This document shows positions 18,304 through 26,892 of a DNA stretch of 36,660 nucleotides, piece by piece. The stretch lies in the IMG/VR virus record IMGVR_UViG_3300017903_000747, positions 1-36,660 of that record; one strand, 5' to 3'. The first letter of the stretch is position 1. Every line of letters begins with the position of its first letter. Position numbers and translations under genes: made by a program. Below the pieces are notes generated by a model. The model searched no databases. It had not been told where the DNA came from and saw only the letters and a program-made list of their open reading frames with translations. The DNA is from a virus. Its lineage: Duplodnaviria > Caudoviricetes.

Positions 18304-19269
18304 TTATTTCATCCTATTCAAGAGGGCTGCCGCCGCGTCATCCACAGAGCCGGTCTTCCTCAGTCGCTCCCGGGTCTTACGGGCGCTCTCTGACTGGACG
18401 GCCTTTGTCGAATCTGCTTTGGAGCCAGACAAAGTTTTAGTCGGTGACGGCTTCACTTTCTTTTTAGCCGTTACCTGTTTCGCCTGATCAAACTGCATTG
18501 CCTTCCACAGCGCGGTTATCAGCCGGTGATCGGAGACCTGATTGAACTCCTCGCTGCTGACACCTAAACCTTGAGCATACTCCCCGATCTTGTAATAGAG
18601 ATCGTTGTTCCAGTTTGGGATGTTGGTCTTCAGGACAGTCAGGCTGTCTTTCGCGGCCTCTTTCTGTGCCGCTTCAGCCTGTTGCTGTTGCTGAGTCTGG
18701 AACTGATCCGCCTGCGCCTTGATGTAGTTGTAGGTGGACTGTGCCTGCTCATAGGCCGCCTTGGCCTGCTTGTATTGATCCGGGCTGTCTATCGCTGCCT
18801 GCTCCCAATTCACGTTCTGAAAACGCGAAAGGTCTGCGCCAGCGGCAGACATCAACGCATTCATGGTCGCCTCGGCCTCTGCGGTTTGTGACTCTAAAGC
18901 CTTCCGCTGCTCGGCTACCGCCTGCGTCTTCTTGGTGTAGTCGCTTTGCCTCAAGTACCCCAGCTTCAGCTCTTCGGCGGTCAGGCTCTCGCCATCCACC
19001 TCAAACGTCAGCTCTTCCGGTTCCTCCTCCTCGGCCTCATCGGTTGGGTCTTCCTCGACCTCCTCTGCCTCGGCGGTATCCTCTTCGGGGGCTTCCTCAA
19101 ACTCCGCGTCCACTATGTCGGCCTCGTCGGCCTCTTGATCTTCGGATTCTTCCTCGGCCTCTGGCTGTTCCAGCTCGGACTCCAGTAGGGCGGTCAATCG
19201 CTCGATCTCGCTTGATTCAGCAGAATCCTCGGGGGTCTGTTCTGCTGGATCTATGTTCGCTTCAGCCAT
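18304..19269 (-). CDS. Capsid scaffolding protein
   Basis: Acidic N-terminus, ELKLGYLRQSDYTKKTQ, C-terminal RLRKTGSVDDAAA. Confidence 0.88.
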   Translation of the reverse strand: MAEANIDPAEQTPEDSAESSEIERLTALLESELEQPEAEEESEDQEADEADIVDAEFEEAPEEDTAEAEEVEEDPTDEAEEEEPEELTFEVDGESLTAEELKLGYLRQSDYTKKTQAVAEQRKALESQTAEAEATMNALMSAAGADLSRFQNVNWEQAAIDSPDQYKQAKAAYEQAQSTYNYIKAQADQFQTQQQQQAEAAQKEAAKDSLTVLKTNIPNWNNDLYYKIGEYAQGLGVSSEEFNQVSDHRLITALWKAMQFDQAKQVTAKKKVKPSPTKTLSGSKADSTKAVQSESARKTRERLRKTGSVDDAAAALLNRMK

Positions 19270-19270
19270 T

Positions 19271-19537
19271 CTACTCACCCTCTTGTTGTTTACGCAACTC
19301 TAAGTTGTTGATTAACGTAGCAAATTGCTGCACGAACATCTGACCTGACTTGAACATCATGTACAGTCTCTCGCGCTCCTCATTCGCCTCGGGCGGTGTC
19401 TGCAATATCTGGTCAACAATCCCCTGATTCATCGAGCTGAAGGCTTGGTTGAACACCTCGCTGTTCAGCATCGCACTGGCCGCGTCGGCCTTGGACTGCA
19501 ACTCGTGCAGCTCCATACTTTCCACATCGCTCATCAT
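19271..19537 (-). CDS. Conserved hypothetical protein between portal and scaffold
   Basis: EERERLY motif; tiles operon. Confidence 0.75.
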   Translation of the reverse strand: MMSDVESMELHELQSKADAASAMLNSEVFNQAFSSMNQGIVDQILQTPPEANEERERLYMMFKSGQMFVQQFATLINNLELRKQQEGE

Positions 19538-19725
19538 TTCAAAAAGTCCTCTTCAGGTTGCTTTGGTTTTTTGGGTTTTTCGGGCTTTGTTTCCGTTTCA
19601 ACCGGCGCGTCCTTGTCGTGCCGGTAGATCAAGAAATCGTTGTAGACAGTTTTCGGGTCAGGCTTAGGAGCCTTACGCTGCTTCGCCCTCTTCAAAAACA
19701 CCTCGAACCTACTTATGTCAGCCAA
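19534..19725 (-). CDS. Hypothetical protein
   Basis: 63 aa, overlaps both neighbours in coupled fashion. Confidence 0.6.
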   Translation of the reverse strand: MADISRFEVFLKRAKQRKAPKPDPKTVYNDFLIYRHDKDAPVETETKPEKPKKPKQPEEDFLK

Positions 19726-21796
19726 TGCTTACGTTCCTCTTCTGCTCTCGTTCAATTTCCAGCTCGGCCTGATCACGCTGCACATCGTGCATGTGCTTCT
19801 CGGTGTCCAGCATCAGCCGGGCCTCCTTCTCCTCCTCGGCAAACTCCTGCTTCTCCAGCTCCAGAAGCATTCGGTTCTGCTCCTTCACCACGTCCAGCTC
19901 TAGCTGGCCCTCCATCACGGAGACCTGTCGGGCAGTCATACCGGCTTGGAATTTCTCTATCTCTTCCTGACGGGCCTGCATTTCCTCAGCCTTCTGCTGC
20001 TGTTGCTGCATCTGCTGCTGGAACTCTGGGCTGTTCGGGTTGACCAGATAGTTAGCGCCGTCCTTGATGTTCATCAGCTCGAAGGCTCTGGACAGCAGGG
20101 CGTGGCGCTGCTGCTGGCCGTAGAGGCCGCCAACGGTGGGGTCTGCCGGGTTGGAGCTGAACTGCGTGTCCAGAGCCAGCAGCTTCTGGGCCTCGGCCTG
20201 CTGCTCCTCCGGCGTCAGCGCCACGGCGACAGTCATCTCGGTGCGGTCACCCAGCAGGGCTGGATTGATCGGCACGAACTGGCCGTCGAGCTGTAGCAGC
20301 TTATCTTGGTTCTCGTACTCCACAGCCAGACGATACAAGTCCTGCATCAGCGGCTTCAGGAAGTTCTCGGCAAAATTCCGGCACATGACCATGATCCGCC
20401 GGTTGCTGGCGTTCATAAATGTGTTGATCAGATCGCTGGAGTTCTGCTTGCTGATCGCGGTCGAATCCATGCCGCGCGCCATCCGGCTGCTACCAGAGCG
20501 CTGCTCTTTCTCCTGCTCGAAGTTCTCAATCGCCGTGTAGACGTTGCCGTTGAGCTGCGGCGTGGGCAGGGGACGTACCACAGACTCCGGGTTCGGTGAC
20601 ATGACATCCACCACCGCACCTACCCGGTTGTCCAGCAGGTCGCGTGGGTTCTTGACCAGCGACAGGTTCGCAACCCAGCGGCTGGTGGTGGTCAGCATCA
20701 GATGATCAACCACGCCACGCTTCAGGCTGCTCATCGTCTTCTGCAAGTCGCATAGCTGGTCGGCCAGAGACATACCATAGAACCGATGCGGCAGAGGGAA
20801 GGGCGTGAAGCTGCGGAAGGGCATCTCTGACACCAGCTCAGAATCCAGCATGACGTGTCGGCTGTGGATGCACTTGTAGTACACGCAGGCGTTGATCTCG
20901 GGGTCGTAGCGCTTGATGTAGCTCTCGTAGAGCGTGACGTACTCCCGATCCTTGGAGTCATCGGTGCCGAAGCGGTCGTTGCGGAAACTGTCAACGCTGT
21001 CGCGCCCCAGTGACCCGTCCTCCTTCAGCATATCCTCCTCATCCAGCTTGGCGACTATATCCTCGTCGAAGCCTTCAGACAGCAGCTCGCCACGGGTACG
21101 CGCCATGCGGTGAGAGCAGAAGTCGGCGTCCTGTATCGTCTTGGCCCGTGGATTGATCAGGAAGTCCTCCGGCTCCACTGTCTCGACGCAGACCTTGCTG
21201 GTATTGATGCGGCGACGGGCCGTGCCAGAGATAGACATCTGACTGAACACCGTCCCGGTCTGCTCGTCTACAACCTCGACGGCCTCCTCCATCAGCTCCA
21301 CCGGCTCCATGGACGGGTCAGACATCATGACGTTGAAGTCGCCCTCGCTGAGACCCTCGAACTCCATCTGATCGTACTTGTAGTCGTTCTTCCAGTAGCG
21401 CTTGACGATGCCGGTCTTGGCAATCAGCGCGTCGTGGATCACGTCGCTTAGGATCTTGTAGCCGTCGTTCTGCCGGTAAAAGTTGTAGTTAGTCCACGCC
21501 GTCGCCATCCGGGCACCCATGGCGTCCTCGGGTGACTGGGCATCAAATCGGCAGATGTTCCTATCGGCGCTGAATGTCTCCAGCATCATGGACTTTACGG
21601 CCTCGACGGCGTCGAACACGTCCCGGGAGACGTGCTGGCTGCGGCCTCGCACCTCGTTGCCCATGGGTTCGCCGTAGTAGTAGCGGTGCCCTTTATCCCG
21701 CTGGTCACCTACCTCGCTGTTGGCGTAGGTGTCTGCGGCGTCGATGTTGCGCTCCAGTGTGGCGAGCAGCTCCTGCTCATCAATAATCATATTCAT
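19718..21796 (-). CDS. Portal protein (P22-like with C-terminal coiled coil)
   Basis: 692 aa after terL; YYYGEP...DALIAKTGIVK...PHRFYGMSLAD; Gln/Glu-rich tail. Confidence 0.9.
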   Translation of the reverse strand: MNMIIDEQELLATLERNIDAADTYANSEVGDQRDKGHRYYYGEPMGNEVRGRSQHVSRDVFDAVEAVKSMMLETFSADRNICRFDAQSPEDAMGARMATAWTNYNFYRQNDGYKILSDVIHDALIAKTGIVKRYWKNDYKYDQMEFEGLSEGDFNVMMSDPSMEPVELMEEAVEVVDEQTGTVFSQMSISGTARRRINTSKVCVETVEPEDFLINPRAKTIQDADFCSHRMARTRGELLSEGFDEDIVAKLDEEDMLKEDGSLGRDSVDSFRNDRFGTDDSKDREYVTLYESYIKRYDPEINACVYYKCIHSRHVMLDSELVSEMPFRSFTPFPLPHRFYGMSLADQLCDLQKTMSSLKRGVVDHLMLTTTSRWVANLSLVKNPRDLLDNRVGAVVDVMSPNPESVVRPLPTPQLNGNVYTAIENFEQEKEQRSGSSRMARGMDSTAISKQNSSDLINTFMNASNRRIMVMCRNFAENFLKPLMQDLYRLAVEYENQDKLLQLDGQFVPINPALLGDRTEMTVAVALTPEEQQAEAQKLLALDTQFSSNPADPTVGGLYGQQQRHALLSRAFELMNIKDGANYLVNPNSPEFQQQMQQQQQKAEEMQARQEEIEKFQAGMTARQVSVMEGQLELDVVKEQNRMLLELEKQEFAEEEKEARLMLDTEKHMHDVQRDQAELEIEREQKRNVSIG

Positions 21797-23267
21797 GACT
21801 TAAATATCCTTCCTTGTTTCCGAGTTGCTGCTGCTCTACGTTGTTTTGACCATATCTGGTCACCGATATGGCCGCGTATCTAGTCGCGTCCATCAGATCA
21901 TCAAATTCTTTGTGAATTTTTCCCTTCTTCCTGTGATAGCGACGGAACTCCTCGAACCACGGGGAGAGGTTGCTGAAGACCTGCAACCGGCCAGTGCGGA
22001 AGCGCTCAAGCATCTCCATTAGCCCCGGCTCCACATAGTTTGTGCCGTCGGGGTTTGTGAACTTGCCAATCATCAACACCCCTGACTCCAGATACATCTC
22101 GGCCAGTGTCTTGCCTGACCCCTTCTCAGTAGAGTCACCGTCGTGGGGGTAAATCATGGGGATGGTTTTCCCTCGTGATTTTACGGCAGAGGCGTGTACC
22201 GCCGGGATCTCTCCCTCTTTCTTGTAGATGTCGTAGACAAAGATCGTGTCGTTGTCTGGGTTATAGGCAGTCCAGACCACGCATGTGGGGTGAGTTATCC
22301 CAAAGTCGATGGCGGCCAGCTTTTTGTAGTGGCCCGGTATCTCAAACGGCTCGCACTTCACCGCCTCCTCGCTGATCGGGAACACCATCCCCTCTCCAAG
22401 AACCGGGATGCCTTTAGACCGCATCTCACGCTGATACTCCGGGATGGCCGCCAGAAGCTGATCCTTTGTCTCTTTGTTGAGGTGCTTTGCATCGTCCCAT
22501 GTGGCGTTTGCCAGATGCTGACCCGGCTGCCGGTTGTCCATGAACTGGGCAACCAGCTCGGTGACACCGTTCTCCGGCGTGAATGTCATCGTGACGTATC
22601 CGCCCTCACCACCGTTGCCGGTGGCGGTTCTTGTTAGGCACTGGGGGTAGATCGTCGGGTCTACCGGCTCCTCGTCGATCCAGATGAAGTCCTGAGATGA
22701 CCCCATCAGCACATGCTGACCCTGCGTATAGGATTTGAACGACACCAGCGATGTGTTGCCGGTGGCGTATCTGACTGAAACGTCACGAGGTAGGCGCGGG
22801 GTGCCCATGGCCGGTGTGACCTGATAGACCTGATCCTGACGTATGAGGCCGTTGCCATCGAACTTACCGTCGCCGAGATAGGAACCAAACAGCTCCTTCA
22901 CCAGAACATCGCGGAGCTGCTCACCTGACACCCCTAGACACCAGATCGAGGTTGGTTTTTTGAAGCGGATGCCATTCCACCAGTCTGGGTAGTTTCCTGT
23001 TAGGTGATACGCCACCTCCACCGCCATGGATGCTGTCTTGCCGACTCGGTTTGCCGCCATCAACAAACGCTGCTTGTTGCCGTGACCGGCCTTGTAGAAT
23101 TTTTTCTGCCAAGGGTATGGCTTGAAGTAGTCCAGACGGTGGGTGCGTTTATGCTCTTTGACTACCGCAATGGCCTTGGCGATTTCTTCCGCTTTCTCTT
23201 TCTGGGCATCCGTAAGTTCAGGAGTCCCTTTTTTGCGAACCGCTTTTTTAGAAGTGCTTGCTGTCAA
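21780..23267 (-). CDS. terL: Terminase large subunit
   Basis: AANRVGKT Walker A, IWIDEE Walker B, TFTP coupling motif, IDFG and DDLMDATRY nuclease motifs; TTG start. Confidence 0.95.
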   Translation of the reverse strand: MTASTSKKAVRKKGTPELTDAQKEKAEEIAKAIAVVKEHKRTHRLDYFKPYPWQKKFYKAGHGNKQRLLMAANRVGKTASMAVEVAYHLTGNYPDWWNGIRFKKPTSIWCLGVSGEQLRDVLVKELFGSYLGDGKFDGNGLIRQDQVYQVTPAMGTPRLPRDVSVRYATGNTSLVSFKSYTQGQHVLMGSSQDFIWIDEEPVDPTIYPQCLTRTATGNGGEGGYVTMTFTPENGVTELVAQFMDNRQPGQHLANATWDDAKHLNKETKDQLLAAIPEYQREMRSKGIPVLGEGMVFPISEEAVKCEPFEIPGHYKKLAAIDFGITHPTCVVWTAYNPDNDTIFVYDIYKKEGEIPAVHASAVKSRGKTIPMIYPHDGDSTEKGSGKTLAEMYLESGVLMIGKFTNPDGTNYVEPGLMEMLERFRTGRLQVFSNLSPWFEEFRRYHRKKGKIHKEFDDLMDATRYAAISVTRYGQNNVEQQQLGNKEGYLSHEYDY

Positions 23268-23503
23268 AACCCACCCCGGTATTTATCTCGATATACCCCC
23301 CGTAGCCGCCACCAGCCGGAGTCCCGTTTTTGCGAAGCCGGTCTGGCCCGGAGACCCCCCAGATCCTCGACACCCCCTAGATCGTAAGTCATTGATTTCA
23401 TTAGACTTTTTCCTAGCCCCGGATCGAAGGTGTACCGCGAACTGTACCAATCACTGATTAACGCCCGTCACAGCTAGACATCTGCCCCATGCCGTATCGG
23501 GCA
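23268..23503. promoter_or_regulatory. terS-terL intergenic region, candidate packaging/terminus site with IHF site
   Basis: 236 bp non-coding gap, several C5-C6 tracts, TAAGTCATTGATT (23385-23397) perfect IHF consensus. Confidence 0.45.
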
Positions 23504-23875
23504 TCACAGTTGCGAGGGGTCGATGCCTGCATCCTTCAGCGCCTCGATGGCCGCGTCGAGCTGCACGTCAAGGCCCACAGTGCCGCTGTGCTCTACCTCC
23601 TGCCGGTCTGACCATTTGGCCCGGTTCTTCAGGAAGAAGATCTGTGCGGCGGTCTTGTCGCCCTCCACAGCGCCCTTGAACAGCGCGTTGGTGACCTTAC
23701 CGATGCCAGCAGCCTTGCCAGCCTTTAATGTCTCGGCAAATGTCTCGTCGTCTTTCTTACGCCGACCCATGGTCGCTACGCTGATCCCAAGACTTGCGGC
23801 GATCTGCTCCTCGTTCAGGCCAATCATCGCCATGCGGTACAACTCGTCGAGGCTGACCTCTTTCTCGTTTGCCAT
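23504..23875 (-). CDS. terS: Terminase small subunit
   Basis: HTH (EEQIAASLGISVATM), AQIFFLKNRAKWSDRQEVEHSG; upstream of terL. Confidence 0.88.
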   Translation of the reverse strand: MANEKEVSLDELYRMAMIGLNEEQIAASLGISVATMGRRKKDDETFAETLKAGKAAGIGKVTNALFKGAVEGDKTAAQIFFLKNRAKWSDRQEVEHSGTVGLDVQLDAAIEALKDAGIDPSQL

Positions 23876-23911
23876 GAATTTTCCTTGCAAAACAGTTGCT
23901 TATGGCTGGCG

Positions 23912-23940
23912 ATTATGCCTGCACAATCCAGCGTTGACCA
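23912..23940 (-). promoter_or_regulatory. Possible late promoter upstream of terS
   Basis: TGGTCA-N17-CATAAT. Confidence 0.35.
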
Positions 23941-24303
23941 TACCACTAGCAGTTGTTTCTACACCTCAAAGCCCTTGCACCCACCAAGCTGGCACACCGG
24001 AACAGCCATGGTACACGCAAGCCGTTGATTTACTTACACTTTTCCAAGTATCCCGCTGATCCGGGAAAAAACTTTAATCCATATGGAAAGCGTACTTTTA
24101 TTTCCTCTTTTTTCCTTACCATAGGCATACATGACGCTTCTTTTTCATTTCCCTCTGGATATACTTTTTACTTGTCTCTCTTATCTCTCTCTCTAATTAA
24201 AAGAAAAAATATATATAAAACAAGCGCTTACACGCACCAATACGATTTCCACGGCCTCAGCACAAAATCAAGCCTCCCCGACTCCCCGGCACACCACGGG
24301 CAT

Positions 24304-24339
24304 AAAAAACCCCGCCGGAGTCTCACAACTGGGGCGGGG
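24304..24339 (-). terminator. Intrinsic terminator ending the early leftward operon
   Basis: CCCCGCC...GGCGGGG stem followed by T6 on minus strand. Confidence 0.7.
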
Positions 24340-24368
24340 CGAGGAGAGACAGAGAGAGGATCACCTCC

Positions 24369-24581
24369 TTACGAGCGCTGGTGCTCTTTGCTGATCTTAC
24401 CGATCTGGGACTGGTAGGCAAAGGTCTTGACTACCTCCTCCTTAGACAGCGTACCGGCCTCACGCTTGTAAGCATCAGGGCCATAGGTCTGAATCGTACC
24501 GCCTTGATCGAGGTACTCCTGTAGCGCCTTGGCGGTCGCCTTGCGCTGTGCCTCCTTGGCCTCGTTAGCTGACGGCCTCAA
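24369..24581 (-). CDS. SutA-like RNA-polymerase-binding small protein
   Basis: QRKATAKALQEYLDQGGTIQ resembles the SutA helix-GG motif; TTGA coupling. Confidence 0.6.
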   Translation of the reverse strand: MRPSANEAKEAQRKATAKALQEYLDQGGTIQTYGPDAYKREAGTLSKEEVVKTFAYQSQIGKISKEHQRS

Positions 24582-24757
24582 TGCAGTGTCTCCTCAAGCT
24601 CAAGGAAATCTACGTCGGCCCGACAGCACACCGACCAGTATTCGTAGCTGTGGCGCTCGACCATTTGATCGCCGTAGGGTTCGAGGTCGATGGTGATCTC
24701 CTCGAATACATCGCATAGCTTCCCGCACTTGAGGCATCGGAAATCAGTACCGCTCAT
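24578..24757 (-). CDS. Small Cys-rich (zinc-ribbon-like) protein, 59 aa
   Basis: Not in ORF track; MSGTDFRCLKCGKLCD...SVCCRAD...; AAGGAGG RBS. Confidence 0.7.
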   Translation of the reverse strand: MSGTDFRCLKCGKLCDVFEEITIDLEPYGDQMVERHSYEYWSVCCRADVDFLELEETLH

Positions 24758-24920
24758 CGCACACCTCCTTAATCTGCAAGTAGTCGCCGTGATCCCCGGA
24801 GGTCACTCTGGCGCAGTAGGCGGCCTCTGAGGCCAGAGCGTCCTTGTAGTCGTTGTCGCCGGTGTAGCCCAGCAGGGCCACCACCAGCGCCGTCAGCCCT
24901 ATCCCAATGATCGCCTTCAT
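24744..24920 (-). CDS. Small membrane-anchored/exported protein, 58 aa
   Basis: Not in ORF track; MKAIIGIGLTALVVALLGYTGDNDY...YCARV...VCDERY; ATGA coupling. Confidence 0.7.
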   Translation of the reverse strand: MKAIIGIGLTALVVALLGYTGDNDYKDALASEAAYCARVTSGDHGDYLQIKEVCDERY

Positions 24921-25159
24921 AGCTGCTTCCTAAACTCTCGCCTGATCTTGTGAACGGATGAGGGTGAAACATCCAGCACCTCAGCGATCTCACGGGCCAT
25001 GGCCCCTGCCTTGGTCATGCGGACGATGGTCTCGACCACCTTGATGTCCTGATCGAGCCTGATCCTGCTGGGCTGCCCCTTGGGCCTCACGCCCCTGAAC
25101 ATCTTCAGCAGTCTCCCGTCCACGGCCACCCTCGTGGCCTCATAGAATTTATCACTCAT
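24917..25159 (-). CDS. HTH DNA-binding protein
   Basis: C-terminal AREIAEVLDVSPSSVHKIRR; AGGGG RBS. Confidence 0.75.
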   Translation of the reverse strand: MSDKFYEATRVAVDGRLLKMFRGVRPKGQPSRIRLDQDIKVVETIVRMTKAGAMAREIAEVLDVSPSSVHKIRREFRKQL

Positions 25160-25184
25160 CTGTTGTCGATTCCCCTATTCGTTG

Positions 25185-25380
25185 TAATTAAGTTCGGCGG
25201 ATGGACAGATTTGGGCCTCGTGTTTGACTTGGGGCAGCCCGGTCATCTGTCCTGTTTCACGTCTGGTGCAAATAGCGCCAGCTCACACCGAGGCCGCCGA
25301 CCCCCTGCGGGAGATGCCCCTGAACTATCTCAGTAATTCGATGATCCGTTTCAGCACCAAGTGGATCAGGCTTGGTACAA
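25185..25380. ncRNA. Candidate structured non-coding RNA (unassigned family)
   Basis: Intergenic; at least six complementary segment pairs including two crossing (pseudoknot) pairings. Confidence 0.45.
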
Positions 25381-25420
25381 AAACTGCCGTATGCACAAAA
25401 AGGAAAAAAACATACGGCAG
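25379..25420 (-). terminator. Perfect 10-bp inverted repeat with 17-nt loop and T5; terminator or operator
   Basis: CTGCCGTATG-N17-CATACGGCAG (25384-25420) followed by TTTTT on minus strand. Confidence 0.5.
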
Positions 25421-25438
25421 CCCTGCTGTCTCAAAATG

Positions 25439-25753
25439 TCAGACCCTCCAGATCCTCACGGCCTTGCCGCCGTCGATGACCCGGTGGATGTGCTTTCGCT
25501 TCAGCTTTCGGAGCTGGTACTCGAGCGGTGCCGCGACGTTCCCGGCTTTTCTGCCCTTCGGGATCAGCAGCTTGACGCTGTCCCCGACCTTCATCTTGGC
25601 GGCCACAGCGGCCATGCCGCGCCGGAGCTTGGCGCTTGTCGGCACCTCGATCCCGGACTCGATGGCGATACCGTCCACCATCTTAATTTTCTCGCCGCGC
25701 GCGGCGGCGTATAACTCTGCGCGTCGATCCGCGCCGTATTCATTCAGTGTCAT
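25439..25753 (-). CDS. Small basic phage protein, probably DNA binding
   Basis: IESGIEVP...MKVGDS...VRIWRV family pattern; GGAGGG RBS before ATG 25753. Confidence 0.75.
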   Translation of the reverse strand: MTLNEYGADRRAELYAAARGEKIKMVDGIAIESGIEVPTSAKLRRGMAAVAAKMKVGDSVKLLIPKGRKAGNVAAPLEYQLRKLKRKHIHRVIDGGKAVRIWRV

Positions 25754-25860
25754 GTCATCCCTCCATGGATGTAGTTGATGTTGTGATGCAGCCGCATCGC
25801 GGAGCGCACCCATGGTATGCGCTCGACGCTGTGGCTGTATGCGGTAAAAGGTGCCGGGGG

Positions 25861-26049
25861 TTATTCCGCACCGCTCCTGTTCTCCCACCCGAAGGTGTCG
25901 AAGCAACCGTCACCTGCCGGTCTTTTGTTGGCCCAGTAGCTGGCGGTCACATCTGTCTCTTCGCCCTTAACGGGCTGCGGCCTGCCGCTGTACGGCAAGG
26001 TGGTGATCTTGCCGCCGCGATCCAGATACTCTTGGAGCAGACGATTCAT
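25861..26049 (-). CDS. Second SutA-like small protein
   Basis: LLQEYLDRGGKITTLP; ATGA coupling. Confidence 0.6.
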   Translation of the reverse strand: MNRLLQEYLDRGGKITTLPYSGRPQPVKGEETDVTASYWANKRPAGDGCFDTFGWENRSGAE

Positions 26050-26336
26050 CGCTTAAACCTGTACAGGTTCTCGTACCGCTCGGCGTTGATCAGCTCCTGC
26101 GCCAGCTCGTCCATGTACATGAAATTAGTGTGGTCAGCGCCGCAGCTCCAGCAGCTTCTCTCGAAGTCGCCACCGTTCTGCGCGTGGTGTACCTGCTGCC
26201 GGTTGCACTGGCTGCACACCAGCCAATCCCTGAGCGGGGTGCCTAACACCTTATAGCGCTTGTTGGTCAGCACATCCTGTGGCGATACCGCCTGAAGGTA
26301 ATGAGTAACCGATCTACCTGTTGCTCTTGCTTGCAT
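26046..26336 (-). CDS. Zinc-finger-like hypothetical protein
   Basis: CSQC...CWSC; GGAGG RBS before ATG 26336. Confidence 0.7.
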   Translation of the reverse strand: MQARATGRSVTHYLQAVSPQDVLTNKRYKVLGTPLRDWLVCSQCNRQQVHHAQNGGDFERSCWSCGADHTNFMYMDELAQELINAERYENLYRFKR

Positions 26337-26355
26337 AACTTCCTCCCCGGGCCGC

Positions 26356-26643
26356 TTACGCGGCTCCTTTTGGCAACCATCGAGTGTCTTTGGCGGCAGA
26401 AAGTCTTTCTTTGACGACGATGACCAGAGGCGAGGTGTAGCTAACGTAATCTTCTTCGCCGTCTTTCCCAACGTGATACTGCGGATAAACTTCTTGCTCA
26501 ATAACATCGGCGAGTTCCATTCTTTCGCAGCAAACATCAAAGGTGTCGAAAGGGCTTATCCTTCTGATCCCATTCACCAACACGCGAACATCTGGTGTTG
26601 CCCAATAAGTCTTGCCATCTTTTTCAAAAGTTTCGTTGGCCAT
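26356..26643 (-). CDS. Hypothetical early protein (cassette gene)
   Basis: AAGGAG RBS in repeat block; ends GAA* within conserved hairpin. Confidence 0.75.
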   Translation of the reverse strand: MANETFEKDGKTYWATPDVRVLVNGIRRISPFDTFDVCCERMELADVIEQEVYPQYHVGKDGEEDYVSYTSPLVIVVKERLSAAKDTRWLPKGAA

Positions 26644-26750
26644 GTCCGATCTCCTTATCTATAAGTTATGTCAATTAACTTGACACCACTGATCATACAG
26701 ATATCTGGGGTAATGACAACAAAAAGTTGTCAATTAATGTAAATTTTTTT
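26641..26750 (-). repeat. Repeat block copy 1: early promoter, two palindromes, RBS and start codon
   Basis: Near-identical to 27709-27817; TTGTCA-N16-TATGAT; TGACAAC-N5-GTTGTCA (26714-26732); TGTCAA-N5-TTGACA (26669-26685). Confidence 0.9.
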
Positions 26751-26756
26751 ACCCAC

Positions 26757-26779
26757 AAAAAAGGCCGCTCACGCAGCCC
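26757..26779 (-). terminator. Intrinsic terminator between cassettes
   Basis: GGCTGC-GTGA-GCGGCC followed by T6. Confidence 0.75.
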
Positions 26780-26892
26780 AAGGGGATCAAGTGTTTCATA
26801 TAATTGACAAAAATCCATATTTGTACATCACATGAAACATTCGATCTCCTTCCGGGCCGCCTACGCGGCCTCCGTTGGTATTGCTGAGAACA

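Noticed and set aside
23953-24417. 154 aa plus-strand ORF across the AT-rich region
   Set aside because: Low-complexity translation, no RBS, opposite to all neighbours, crosses a terminator
25255-25290. Hammerhead ribozyme (GTGAG...stem...GAAAC on minus strand)
   Set aside because: The CUGANGA core and correctly placed stems I and III are missing
25234-25297. Minus-strand segments GCGGCCTC and CCGGGCTGC are complementary to the two halves of the cassette hairpin
   Set aside because: Only 8-9 nt GC-rich matches and in the wrong order for antiparallel pairing; not distinguishable from chance without homologs
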